Of a DNA stretch of 64,000 nt, positions 15,901 to 47,263 are shown one piece after another. Each line of letters begins with the position of its first letter. Positions within the stretch are counted from its first letter, which is position 1. The notes under the pieces were generated by a model, which was not told the DNA's origin, ran no database searches, and worked only from the letters and a program-made list of their open reading frames with translations. The translations under genes were made by a program, and so were the position numbers. The DNA comes from Lingula anatina (lineage: Eukaryota; Animalia; Brachiopoda). The stretch lies in the NCBI GenBank assembly GCA_051362555.1, contig CM120640.1:21266001-21330000 (forward strand), read 5' to 3'.

Positions 15901-17216
15901 GATCATAATTCTAAGTGAGAACCTCTGGATTTTAATTACTGAAAATTGAGCAGTTTTTCAATCATTTGATTGATAATTTGTTAATACCATTTCAGAAGCA
16001 GGAGAAAATCCTACTGTAATGGCAACAAACAAAACCAAAGCTGCGAATGAAAAGAAAAAAGGAAATATTAAGGAAGAGAGAGTAACTGCTAAGATACCAG
16101 GCATGAAAAGTAAAGATCATGTTTAATAATATTAAATTTTTAAAAAGAATGTTAATGTTAATTTAAAATCAAATAGCAATGTTAAAAAAATCCAATATGC
16201 TTTGCGACTATACCTTATTTACCTGTTGCCTTCATAAACAATGGTCTGAATCTGAATTTCTTTGTTTTGCAGAACAAACGGCACAAAAACCAATACCTAG
16301 TGTAGATGTAAATGAAAAGAAAAATAAAACAAATAGGTAAATGCTATTCTCTACATATCAGTAGTAACTAGAAAAGTGCTCAGAGAGAAAAGTCCTCTGC
16401 AAAAGTTGCTCAGTTTTCATTATTACGAATTATTTATTAAGAAGTTAATCAATTGATTAATTAGTTTTCATAAATATTTAAACCACTTTGGTTGCAAAAA
16501 CATAATGCTTTAAGGTGCTTCAGTACATTAAGATACACAACTGAATTACCTCTGCAGGTGAAGTTTGATTTCTTTGATGATGACTTGTTATGTAATAAAA
16601 TAACAAAAAAAGAAAGTGGTTAATTTCATCATACTAATATTTAGATAAATATTTGACATAAAAGTAATAGGATAGGAGCTATTTTGACCAATTTAGGGCA
16701 TTTTAACATATAGTACCACCTAGATTATGCATGGTGGCCCAAGATCGAGAGAGATCAATGGCCAAGCAGATGGAAATTAAACCGAAAAATATGGCTGGAT
16801 ACAATATTTTTAATGAATAAAAAAGGTTAAGTTTAAAAAATTACAATCAAATCCCATTTTAGTGCAATCATTCTTAGCTATTTGTAAGTCCTTTAGCCAT
16901 AAGTGTTTGAAAATTTTTAATTCAACTCGTTGTCATGATAACCTTACAAAAAGAGCTTAGGGCTGTGATTTCCCCATGGAATGATACTTTGATTGCTCAA
17001 ATTTAGTGTGAAAATTAAATCAGCTAATTGATGCATTCTTTATTGAAAGCACTGAAGGGAAAGGCCTATGGGAGAAAATGAAGGATATACCAGTGTATTT
17101 CAACAGGTGGATAACAGATATCAAAACACCAAGTACAAGTGGTAAGTTAAAAATAAGTGTGGAAATTGCAAATTTACAGTTCGTTTAAATCGAGTGATAT
17201 CCCTTAATATGGTCTA

Positions 17217-17255
<39 letters not shown>

Positions 17256-20021
17256 ACTCAAAAGTGACATTTCTGTTTAAGTGTTTTATCAGAAAATTGG
17301 GAATAAATTAAGTGATAGATTTAATGATAAATAAATGTTTTCCAATTTTTATGTACAGACACAGATGTGTCTGTACATATTGCCATCACCTGCGTCTGTC
17401 GTCGCCGATGCCGATGGCGATGGCGATGCCAATGCCGGCGCCGTGCACTTTCCTTGTAAACACGATAAGTGGAGGGCAGTTTTACTTTTTGGCTTTATAT
17501 TTACAGAGCTGATGAATATTCATAAAACGCAGGTCAAGTTCGAAAATCAGCATGATCGGGCCATTATTGTAGAAGTTATGCTGTTTTTTCACTTTTCAGC
17601 ATATTTTTCACATTTCCTCAGATTCAATTCTTAGGCATGTTAACAGTCTCATTATTAAACTAATAAGATACGTAAAAGTTTTTGTTTGACATTTCCTGCA
17701 TCTTTACAACATTGTTAGTTGATTTTGTAAAAATGATGGTAAACTTGTTATCGTGTATTGTGTAATAAAGTTTCAAAAATGGAAATAAACTCATATCATT
17801 GCAGTTTGTCAGATTCAATCATTCACTCTGTTCAGAATCTCAGAATGGAAGAAATTGGACATTTAACACTGCTCTATTGATATTTTTCCCATCTCATCAA
17901 TTTTCTTAGTTGATCATATAAAAATGGCAGTAAACTGTTAATTTTGTTTTATGTTAAAAATTGTTAAAAATGGAAAAAAAAATTTCAGAACAGTGCTGTC
18001 TTGTTTACATTTTGGCATTTTCAAGTTGTGACTTTGAAGTTCCATGGGCCTGAAGACCTTTGCTAGTCACATTTTCTGAATATCCATGATACTAATATTT
18101 TATTATTAAAAATTGATGGTCATTATGCTGTTAAACATTATGTAATATTGCCTCAAAATTTGAAAAAAACCTATTTTGGGCACTGCTCCCATGATGACCA
18201 TTTAAGAAAAACCATGTCACTTACTGTTCTCAAACTTACAGGAAAGAAACATGGGACTAAAATATAGCTTCAGTAGGCAATGCAATCTGCCAGTTAAACA
18301 GTTTTTTGTGAAATTTTAATTTTTCACATATTGCCATTTTCAAGGTGTGACTTTGAAGTTCCACAGGCTTGAAGACCCATGCTTGTCATATTTTCTGAAA
18401 ATCCATGATACGTATATTTTATTATTAAAAATTGATTGTCATTATGCTGGTAACCAAAATGTAATATTGCATCAGAATAGAAGAAAACACAATTTTGGGT
18501 GCTGCTGCCATGATGACCATTATGGGAAAACCATGTTACTTATGATTGCCAAACTTTCAAAAAAGAAATACAGGACTAAAATGCAGCCTGAGTTGGAAAA
18601 GCAGTCTAATTGACTTTTTTTTCTGGAAGTTTTACATTTTCAAAGGGTGAACTTGAACTCCCATGGGCCTGAAGCCTTATGTTTGTTACACATTTTACTT
18701 ACATTGGTATTACCTGTTGAGCATAATTAGAATTTGATGTTGAATTTGCAGTTTAACATAATGTACTTTTGCATCAGAATTGACAGTAGCCTATTTTGTT
18801 ATTTCCTGCTTTTTGTCTGTACATTTGACAGCTTTGCTGCCTTGTTTTAAATACATCTATATAGTTTTTCAAGTGGTTCATGATATTTAAACTATTTAGA
18901 AATATGAACTGGACACTATAAAAATTGCAACTTAAACATCTTACATTTTGTTAAATGTAACAGATGGAGAAGATATCCAGGATCAGATTCCTCTTTTACA
19001 AGATAAGGAAATGCTGCACAAAAACTTACAATCATTCCTTGAGACAATTGCCCCTCCACAGGAAACAGTTTCAAAGCACAGGAACATAGTAGATCATTTC
19101 TTACAAGAGATGGAGAGACGTTTACAAGGAGAACAAAAGAGTTTAAAATTTGGAAACCTTGGTCTTGTTGGCAGCGTAAGTGAAGGGGTTCAAGTCATTG
19201 CAGCAGACGACTTTGATGTTAGTGTAGCCATAGATATTGGTCATCTGTCAGCCATGGCATCACAGACTCCAGGGTACGATTTCATCGAATCTCCTAATTG
19301 TACCAGGACAAAACTTTGTGGACATGACAATTTAAAAGTTGTCCCTTTTAAAGTTATCTCCCGTTTGCAAAGTATCATTCAAGAAAATTTAAATTACTTC
19401 CAAAAATTTAGCCCAAATCTTAAATATAACCTTGGTTTTAAAGGACCTACTGTCAAAGTAGAAATTCTGGAAGGAGAAGAGTTTCTTGTACGCATTGAAT
19501 TTGTCCCATTGGTAACTAGTTCCAATGGCAATAGATATGTAGCAAAAAGTTACAAAGATGAAGACATTGAGACAGTTACAGTTTGGCGCAGGTCATTTGC
19601 GCGGGAGGAAAGAGAACTTTTATCCAAATTCAATAGAAAGTCCACATGCCATTTAGATGTCTTGCGAATTATGAAAGCAATCATCAAAAGAGACCCAGAA
19701 CTGAACACAACTAAAAAACATCATCGCCTGACGTCATATCACATGAAAACAGCTTTGTTTACTTTGATAAGTGAAACACAGGGCACTGACTGGTCTCCAA
19801 ACCAACTTTCATCTTATTTTGTTAAATTCCTCCAAAGGCTGAGAGATTTCCTGAATCAGGGTTCTATGAAAAGTCATTTTTTGGATGGTGGTAATTTATT
19901 TAATAGCATTTCCAAATCAGATATGCCACGTATTATTAATAGGATTGACACATTTCTGAAGGAGCCAAAACATCTGTACAGAATACTATCAGCTGAAATG
20001 AAAGCTCATGAAGAACTGTAG
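6962..20021 (+). CDS. cGAS-like receptor (cGLR / Mab-21 family NTase), ~628 aa: signal peptide or anchor, Lys-rich repeat stalk, Mab-21 domain. Exons 6962-7073, 7433-7585, 14521-14590, 15161-15258, 15510-15644, 15996-16100 (or 16109), 16273-16336, 17050-17141, 18964-20021
   Basis: The nine exons join in compatible phase with no stop (1887 nt). ATG 6962 has a good Kozak context (AAGATGG) and an in-frame upstream TAA. The last exon has 'GSVSEGVQVIAADDFDV', 'VRIEFVP', 'WRRSFAREERELL', 'LRIMKAI', 'LTSYHMKTALF' and 'SHFLDGGNLF', the cGAS/Mab-21 signatures. Confidence 0.75.
7860..7972 (+). repeat. 5' LTR (113 bp)
   Basis: TGTAGTGTATT...CTCACAACA, identical to 14146-14258. AATAAA at 7952-7957. Confidence 0.97.
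7974..7988 (+). promoter_or_regulatory. Primer-binding site, tRNA-Ser(GCU)-type
   Basis: TGGCGACAAGGATGG, 1 nt after the LTR. It matches 14/15 of the complement of the animal tRNA-Ser(GCU) 3' end as recalled (TGGCGACGAGGATGG). Confidence 0.75.
8034..9527 (+). CDS. gag: Gag
   Basis: Open ORF from the first ATG after the PBS. It has a coiled-coil N-terminus, a capsid-like region (FQSYDGST...IKQKENESYEEFGSRVRILA) and a CCHC knuckle CYNCHEMGHISTNC. Confidence 0.93.
   Translation: MEPLCSNEIDNSGEETRITRMENEIRHLNSKFEGLCENVYKMTEGLQKFQTEFISYMRRDNPSLLENSASPFTHAQQGHIEINDPHDGDAPPGSDTSTESSTHGLAERISSNADFVPVPGQPVVSDPTVPAYRYGRQNSDPRGPYRQFREDVPTFTPTQRSQPVDTPLYTDENRQPPPTGRSFPIYNESHITCPQPPTRFQSYDGSTNFYSYYVKLCCVAESKGWGVKEIYEIMINSLEGKALDEFVKLPPNERMHLYSVVDTLMKCFGKTENTSLARTELAAIKQKENESYEEFGSRVRILALSAYRGTGLFNQMATESFLRGCSDKDLVEKVMCMRPRTLEEAVENARTCGANMQILGLRNENCSKQLRKVTFKEPQSPCTDHIERQNPPNVSRVQFSPRSSSPNRRKPFQSNDAEQRLQNIESSLLELIQLFRQSVNQTQKGNDTQFSTPPRGITRCYNCHEMGHISTNCPQKNSDSLNRNRSPVRSNNRPQLQ
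9566..13414 (+). CDS. pol: Pol polyprotein (protease, reverse transcriptase, RNase H, integrase), probably expressed as Gag-Pol by -1 frameshift at ~9473-9479
   Basis: Protease 'VIDTAAQVT', RT 'LPFGL...YLDDV', RNase H 'LDTDAS...KKELLAV', integrase HHCC (CHDPVISGH...CVAC), 'HIDILGP...HSDMG...VERQN', GPF motif and terminal 'TRSGR'. No stops. Confidence 0.97.
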   Translation: MAKGESLVVPIHVNGIKTNAVIDTAAQVTIVSDKLLSEITGEITYGGYHDIKGIPQINLRAREIKGLKLAIGSEVYEWTVLAAPIPDNVLLGLDFLKMFQCNICLENNFISLARPDPSNRRRNKVHASIRKGSDNYLVANRVILSKKLAVPPHSEKFVQVPFVAERNKTFLLNAPKYDQKGLSVPYGLISTDYTDDCLSCSIALRNETDKSITLKAGHVMGDLEEIERVLGYPESFDSSNVHQSFSVLKVDVNSNDVKNNIPEHVIDLWKRSSEDLSDEQSLKLGNLLTKYADVFSKSEFDIGHFTKIKHRIDTNEAKPIKQRLRRTPLGFEQEEKATLDKLLAADIVQPSCSEWSSPPVLVRKKDGTLRYCIDFRALNKVTVKDVYPLPQIDECLDVLAGTRYFSTLDMNCAYYQVEVEESSRPKTAFMTKYGLFEFKRLPFGLTNSPATFMRAVNSVLHGLTWRQVLAYLDDVVVLGNNFDDSIANIALVLDRFKENGLKLKPSKCSLLKRSVLYLGKLVDENGIAPNPDSIKAVQRWPRPKCKKDVERFLGLVNYHRSHIKCFAAMSGVLYDLTKNKSVFNWTNEHEVAFNDLKQALVHSPVLSFPDSDGLFILDTDASDTCIGAELIQVQNDAEKVISYGSFALTPSQRRYCTTKKELLAVVRFTRQYRHYLLGRKFVIRTDHCSLTWIMSFKLLNGVLARWMEELAQYDFEIQHRSGKNHSNADSLSRIPLQHQDCNYYEAGCDVTELPCGGCHHCTRLHEEWDRFNKDVDYIGPLSLRSVKTVTPVVDPPKENTGNVELFAKYTASQLREAQLKDPHLLKVIGWIEENVSPSQEELQLCSTAVKFLWTNFNLLSMKDGVLYYSRFDKGFFNPLLVLPKEFQQEALSLCHDPVISGHQGIARTLSKLRQSVFWYGMTTDCKLYVNSCVACEKNKKASRKFRAELQNFHAGAPLERVHIDILGPLTPSKAGNKYILVVVCQFTKWVEAYPLPDQTADTISKTLVNNFIARFGCPTIIHSDMGANFTSELFSNVCSLLSINKTQTSPYRPCSNGAVERQNRTIMQCIRCYLEGQDSNWDEHLSLITSAIRAVPNRQTGLTPNMLMFGRETRQPIDFTFGLKSIKGDVEPNSYVMQLKEKLESVHELARKCLGENLKTQKAYYDANARQTQYCKGDLVYRYNNMSKPGRSKKLQPVWLGPFKIIEVLSPILYKIKTKRKVVVVHHDHLKPCKGRGPLKPSKAKCVTPTNVGDDQPQGDRTVKDAVVTRSGRTVIPPIRYC
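14134..14145 (+). promoter_or_regulatory. Polypurine tract
   Basis: GATGGGGAGGAA abuts the 3' LTR. Confidence 0.85.
14146..14258 (+). repeat. 3' LTR (113 bp)
   Basis: Identical to the 5' LTR. Confidence 0.97.
14340..14389 (+). pseudogene. Degenerate (frameshifted) copy of the cGLR cassette exon at 15996
   Basis: The TTCCAG acceptor is intact. AAACAGAGGAAAACCCACTGTG aligns to AAGCAGGAGAAAATCCTACTGTA with a 1-nt deletion, giving TGA at 14360-14362. Confidence 0.6.
17218..17252. repeat. (GT)n microsatellite
   Basis: Directly visible. Confidence 0.95.
17350..17640 (+). mobile_element. Non-autonomous interspersed repeat (Helentron/HINE-like) fragment
   Basis: GC-rich microsatellite-like core (CGTCTGTCGTCGCCGATGCCGATGGCG) followed by TTCCTTGTAAACACGATAA, a layout common in mollusc repeats. 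Family assignment is inference. Confidence 0.5.
18010..18800. repeat. Diverged tandem repeat, ~300-320-bp unit, ~2.5 copies
   Basis: TTTCAAG.TGTGACTTTGAAGTTCCA..GGC.TGAAG recurs at ~18018, ~18338 and ~18638. Confidence 0.85.
18964..20021 (+). CDS. Terminal exon encoding the cGAS/Mab-21 nucleotidyltransferase domain
   Basis: ORF 18948-20021. CAG acceptor at 18961-18963. GS motif, DFD and a third acidic residue, followed by the Mab-21 C-terminal helices. AATAAA signals at ~20097-20130. Confidence 0.92.
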
Positions 20022-20174
20022 AAATGCATGACTAGCATCTTTAAACTGAAACAATAGTATGTAGTTGTAGAATTTAATTAATCTGAAATTTAATTGAATA
20101 AAATTTGGAGTTAAATGGAATAAAAATAAACTTCAAGGAGCTTCATACAAGATCATATTTCAGAAGTTTTTTAA

Positions 20175-20487
20175 AAGGGATAATAACTCTTAGTTTTGGC
20201 CAAAAAATGAATTTTCCTGGAGTAAACAATTTCCCCATACTAACCAATGGTAAATGAATACATTTTTACATTCAATGTCAGTCCCTGTTTTTTTTCTAAA
20301 ATGTTTTTTTTTCTAAAAAGAGTATAGCCATCAATAGAGGTCATGTGGTCTAAAGACAAGCTCAGATATCAGAATAATAGCTATAACTGCCATTTTTGTG
20401 GTACAACACAATATATTATATTTCTATGAGTTGTTCACAATGTTTTTATTGTGAAATAAAGATCTCATGCGAAGAGTCATTATCCCT
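20175..20487. mobile_element. MITE, Kolobok-like (TTAA flanks)
   Basis: AGGGATAATAACTCTT ... AAGAGTCATTATCCCT inverted termini, with TTAA at 20171-20174 and 20488-20491. Confidence 0.6.
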
Positions 20488-21329
20488 TTAACTGTTTATA
20501 TTTAATTGTGCCACCAGGTAGAGTGCCATCTACCAGAGGTATTCTCTAGAATTTATAAAATTGGACGAAATACCCCCTGTCAAATTTGAGATGACCAGGT
20601 GGAATGCATTCCTAGCCAGACAAATTTGTATCTCTCAGCAGAGGCAATTTCATTCTTGTTGGGTTACCCAAACCCTTGTATGTGTTTCATAATGCATTAA
20701 ATAGCTGTAAAGATTAGGTAGACCCACTTCAAGTGCCCAGCTGTGCGATTACACCCAACCCAACAAACATCTCTTTTCCTGAGCCATTTTTTTAGGGGCT
20801 GGGAAGTTACATGAGAGAATACAGTTATGGAATGTTTTTTTTTTAACAGTTTCAAATAAAAGAAAGCAAAACAAGTAAATTTCTAAAACTAATGTTTTAA
20901 TATTTTCAATTCTTTACAAAAAAAAAATCTATAATGTACAGTGATCACTTCATTACTCCAAAATCAGTCAATTGCTTTGTATTTGTATTGTCTACAATTG
21001 AAATTTATTCAGACTTGATTTGTTAAAGAATAGGTACATGTCATAAAAGACATGAAATGTCATTTTGGAGTTTGTAATCCATTTCCTTTAAGAAAATGTA
21101 ACAAATAGATGGAGATAAGAGTGCCATCAACTTCTTGTATAAATAGAAATACTTTGGTTCCTCTATCAAAAGCTACAAACAGATTGGATTGTATGCTTTT
21201 CTGCTGATATTCAAATTCTTTAATGTCTTTCCTTGCTTTAAACACTCCCATTATTGTTATCACTTGGGTCAAAGTACTTTACATATCTTATCCATATTGT
21301 AATCAAACCAATACACTGTGCGAAGTCAA

Positions 21330-43111
<21,782 letters not shown>

Positions 43112-43118
<7 letters not shown>

Positions 43119-43160
43119 GCTGCCGGTAAATTAAAGATGGCGGTGCACGTACACAGAACG
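43112..43160 (-). promoter_or_regulatory. SNRNP200 core promoter / 5' UTR with YY1-type motifs
   Basis: AAGATGGCGG at 43134-43143 and ATGGCGG at the start codon. CpG-rich patch. Confidence 0.55.
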
Positions 43161-46100
43161 TAACCACGCTATAGTGGGATTACAAAATAGGACAGCAATT
43201 ATTGAACTAGTTATTCTTTTTGTGTTTTTGTACGAATATGAATCACAGGAATTGTTTGAGATTTGAATTTAGACATTCGATTAAAAAAAAACATGTTGAT
43301 CTGGATTGTGATCTGGATGTGATTTATGATTGCTTTTCACATCGAGTCGCACCTGTAGCAATAGGTGTAATTGAGACTTCATTCGGGTGTCCAGTTTATA
43401 AAAGGGTGAAAGGGTGGCAAAAAGTACATCGATGTAAAAAGAACATCTGTGTTCATCATAAGGAACTTTTAAAGCCTCACACAATTATTGTGAATCAACG
43501 TTATCATTATTTCACACTCAGGTTGACAAAAATGTGTACAATATACTACTTAATTATAAAATCCACCAGGGTAGATGGAGAAATATTTTGAATAGCTTTC
43601 ACTTTTCATCAACTATCAGCATACCAAGACTGCTTTTGTAGTTTATTACTTGTCAGATAAGTTTTGAAATTTACATGGAAAAGCCCATTGACAAGTTTAA
43701 AATAATTTGTATTTTTGTATTTTTATTTTTGATGTAATGGCATCATATTGTGTGAACTAATACTACATTTGTGGTCTTGTGCAATTACCAAGTTTCATCC
43801 ATATCCGATCCTGATTGCCAAAATTGTGGATGTTTGAAATGTCAATTTAGATACTCTGTGGAGTAACTAAAGAGTGTGTGTACTTGGTTGATTGCACCCA
43901 ACACAGTAGCAATAAATTTACCATGGTCCATCAGAGCCTGCAGGCATGAAAACAGCTTGCACCATATCGATTTCACATTTTAATTGGCTCCATAGATGCG
44001 AGACCTATTTTACTGATTTTTTTCTTCTTTGAAAATTTAAGTTGAATAACCTCCACTTATTTTTTCAGATATTGCCATATTGAAGGAAGATGTACAAAAT
44101 CCAAAATTAAATAATCATGTCATGAAAAAGGAAAAAAATCATTATCATTTAACTTAAAGAACAGAATACGATCTTATATTGGGTAAACTGATGTGTACTT
44201 GGCAAAACTCTGCAGTATCATCAGGCACTATTGAGTTTCATAAGCTTTCCGGGAAATACCAAGTAAGATTGCATTCTATTGTTATCATGTAATCATGATT
44301 TTTTTTTTTTTTTTTTTTTGTGATATTCTGATTGATTTTTGAGCCATAGAAAGGGACACATATTTTAATCAGAGGACTACAATGTCAAATGACAGCAATA
44401 TTTCTAACTTCCATGTTATTTTGGAGAACATTGAAATGAAGGTATGGAATCATATAATAAAACAATTGCTTTTGCTTTTGGTCAGTGTTGTTTGGCAGAC
44501 CTAAGAAAAATGATATTGAACTTGACTGCATCTCAGTGGATATCACTATTTTGAGGTCTGCAGAAAAAAATATCTACCTCAGCCAAAGTCAATAATTTTA
44601 TATTACCACCTTCAAGGGCAAACTGCAGTTGTTATCACACTTACAGGTAACTGGTGGCATGTACAGGGGCAGTTTTCTGAGGCTCAGAAGGGACACTGCT
44701 TCGGAAAACACAAACAAAAAATATTCACAATAGTTTTATATTCCTTTTAATTAAGATCGACGGTGAATAATAACAAGTACAATCTTCACAATTGTTAATT
44801 CCACATTCAATAACAAACACTGATTGTCATCTGCCATTCATACTAAGTACTTTTCTTTTAGCATTATATAAGATTATGCAAAAGTGCATACTGTAATTAA
44901 GCCCATAGACTTCAATTATGCCAAGAGGCACCTTTACAATTCAGAGGTATCATCTACACCTTAAATAATTGATGAGAAATTGACAATTATAAAGTGGCAG
45001 GAAATGAGACCAATACAATGCTGCATACACTCATGCCATACAGACATTGCCAGCCCACTGTTTTAATGTCAAACTCATTTTAATTTCTACCTGATGGGGT
45101 GTAGCTGAGAAAGAAACTTCTTACCTTATAATCAATATTCACTATTAATTCCAAATTAAGTGCTGTAAAATAATATCTCTTATAGTGATTAACAATGATA
45201 AACCTTTCTTGCATCTTTTATGCAAGATTCCGAAATGCTTTCAAGGTATGATCAACTATGACAAACACTGAAGCTTTTCAATGCCAAATGACTTAATCTA
45301 ACAGGATATTAGATATCCTAGAAAAAAATTGAAAAAATTTGCCACGGTGATAAACACCTCAGATAAGCATGGAACGTCTCTGACTACAAGTATGACTGTT
45401 GCACAAGAAGCATATAATTATGAAAGATCACACTATCGTTCTCTATCAATAACTGGGTACCATTTGTTATTTATCATGGATTAAAACATTTTTATGAGTA
45501 GAACAGTTAGGATATTATTCAGCAGAAATGGCAGTCCATATTATAGCACAGGTAAACAGAAAGTGGGACATTTCACAATGCTCGTCAGGGTGGCTGTACA
45601 AGTTATGCAACATATTTTTAATGCAATGTACAGTATATTTAAGCTTTGCAATGTCTTAAATAATAAATTAGTTTAATGTACATTAATACACGGTGGTAGT
45701 ATTCTGGAATGTGATAAATCTAACACATTGAAACTTATAGCAACAATGTTCACTATTTTGTAAAGGTTGCTATTAAACAATAAAATAAAAACCCCTAAAA
45801 TGTTTGAAAACTATTAAGACATGCAGTAATTCCAATTACTTGCACTGTGCAGCATTTCATGCTTAAACATCTTGTGTAATATATTTTGAAATATGGAGTA
45901 TTAATTGTACATCTTAAAAAAAGCTTTCACAAATGGTATAATTATTATTGGTGTGGATACATTGGAAAAATTGCCATACTTGGTTGTCTCCCCCCCCCCT
46001 CTCCCACTATAACCCTGTAAAATGTTACTTCTTGTGTATTTATTCAAAAATAAGAACTTATACTGTATGCTCCTGATGCCTTAATACTGAAATCTTAAAT

Positions 46101-46761
46101 AATAAATAACTTAAAGATAATATTACACTAAAAAGAAAATTTTAAATCCCCCCAAATCTTAAATTATCACAGATAGGCTGGTATCACTTAAATTTTGTCC
46201 TACTAGTATAAACAACAGCACTTATCAAGTAAGACAAATTCTTCATGCAAACATAAAAACTGAAAGCAAATTAACTCATCTTAAATTTACTACTGTCAAT
46301 AATTCTGTCAAAAATCTGATCAATAAACATCAGTGAAAAGTGAGGTACATGTTATGATTTTAAACAATTAGGCAAAGTATCAAAGCAGGAAAACTAAAGC
46401 AAATATAATGCAAACAAATCATTTTATAAATAGAGAAATAAGTGACAATTTCAAATTGTTTCTCAATATATCAGGAAAACACTAAATATCAAATACTGTT
46501 GAGAAAAGATTGTGCGTGTAATCTAAACAAAACCTTAAACAAAAAGAAAACACTAAAACCCATCAACAAAAGTAGTTGATGTATCAAGGGAATAAGTGGA
46601 ATGAATATCTATATGTAAGTATTTGTGTACATGTATATATAATACTTGTTGATAATATATGTATTAATATGACGGATCCAGAGCAGAGGTCATGTTGAAC
46701 CCCATCAGCTTCAATCAAAAAAAATTAAAGCAAACACATTTGTTTGTCCCCCCCCCCCCCC

Positions 46762-46795
<34 letters not shown>

Positions 46796-47263
46796 TTTCA
46801 GAGGTGTCAGAAGCTCACGCTAATTATCCTTTTGTTGCTAAAATCTGAAGTTGTGGATTCCTAAAATAAAGGTGCATTTCCCCACAACCTCTAGAACTCT
46901 GATAGTGAGCCAACCAGCATTGTCAGTAATATCTTGGATCCACAACTGGCCTAGACCCCATAAATGCTGACTAGTCACAAAGGTTAAAATCCGCAATGTC
47001 ATACATGCTGGATTGTATTATGATAAACTGCATCACAAACAGAGATTCTATTTCTCCATATACATGTACATGAACTACAAATAAATTATGCAGTCACAGA
47101 TTGTCTTTGTCATTTGTCTTACTCAATATAATTTAGAATTTCTATCATGATGTCTTAAAATATGGAATAGATGTGACGGCCTTTGTTTTAGCATTTTAGT
47201 ATTACCTTCATTGCTTATTGATAGTGAGACAGACCCAAACGCCACTATTCCATTATTTATGTA

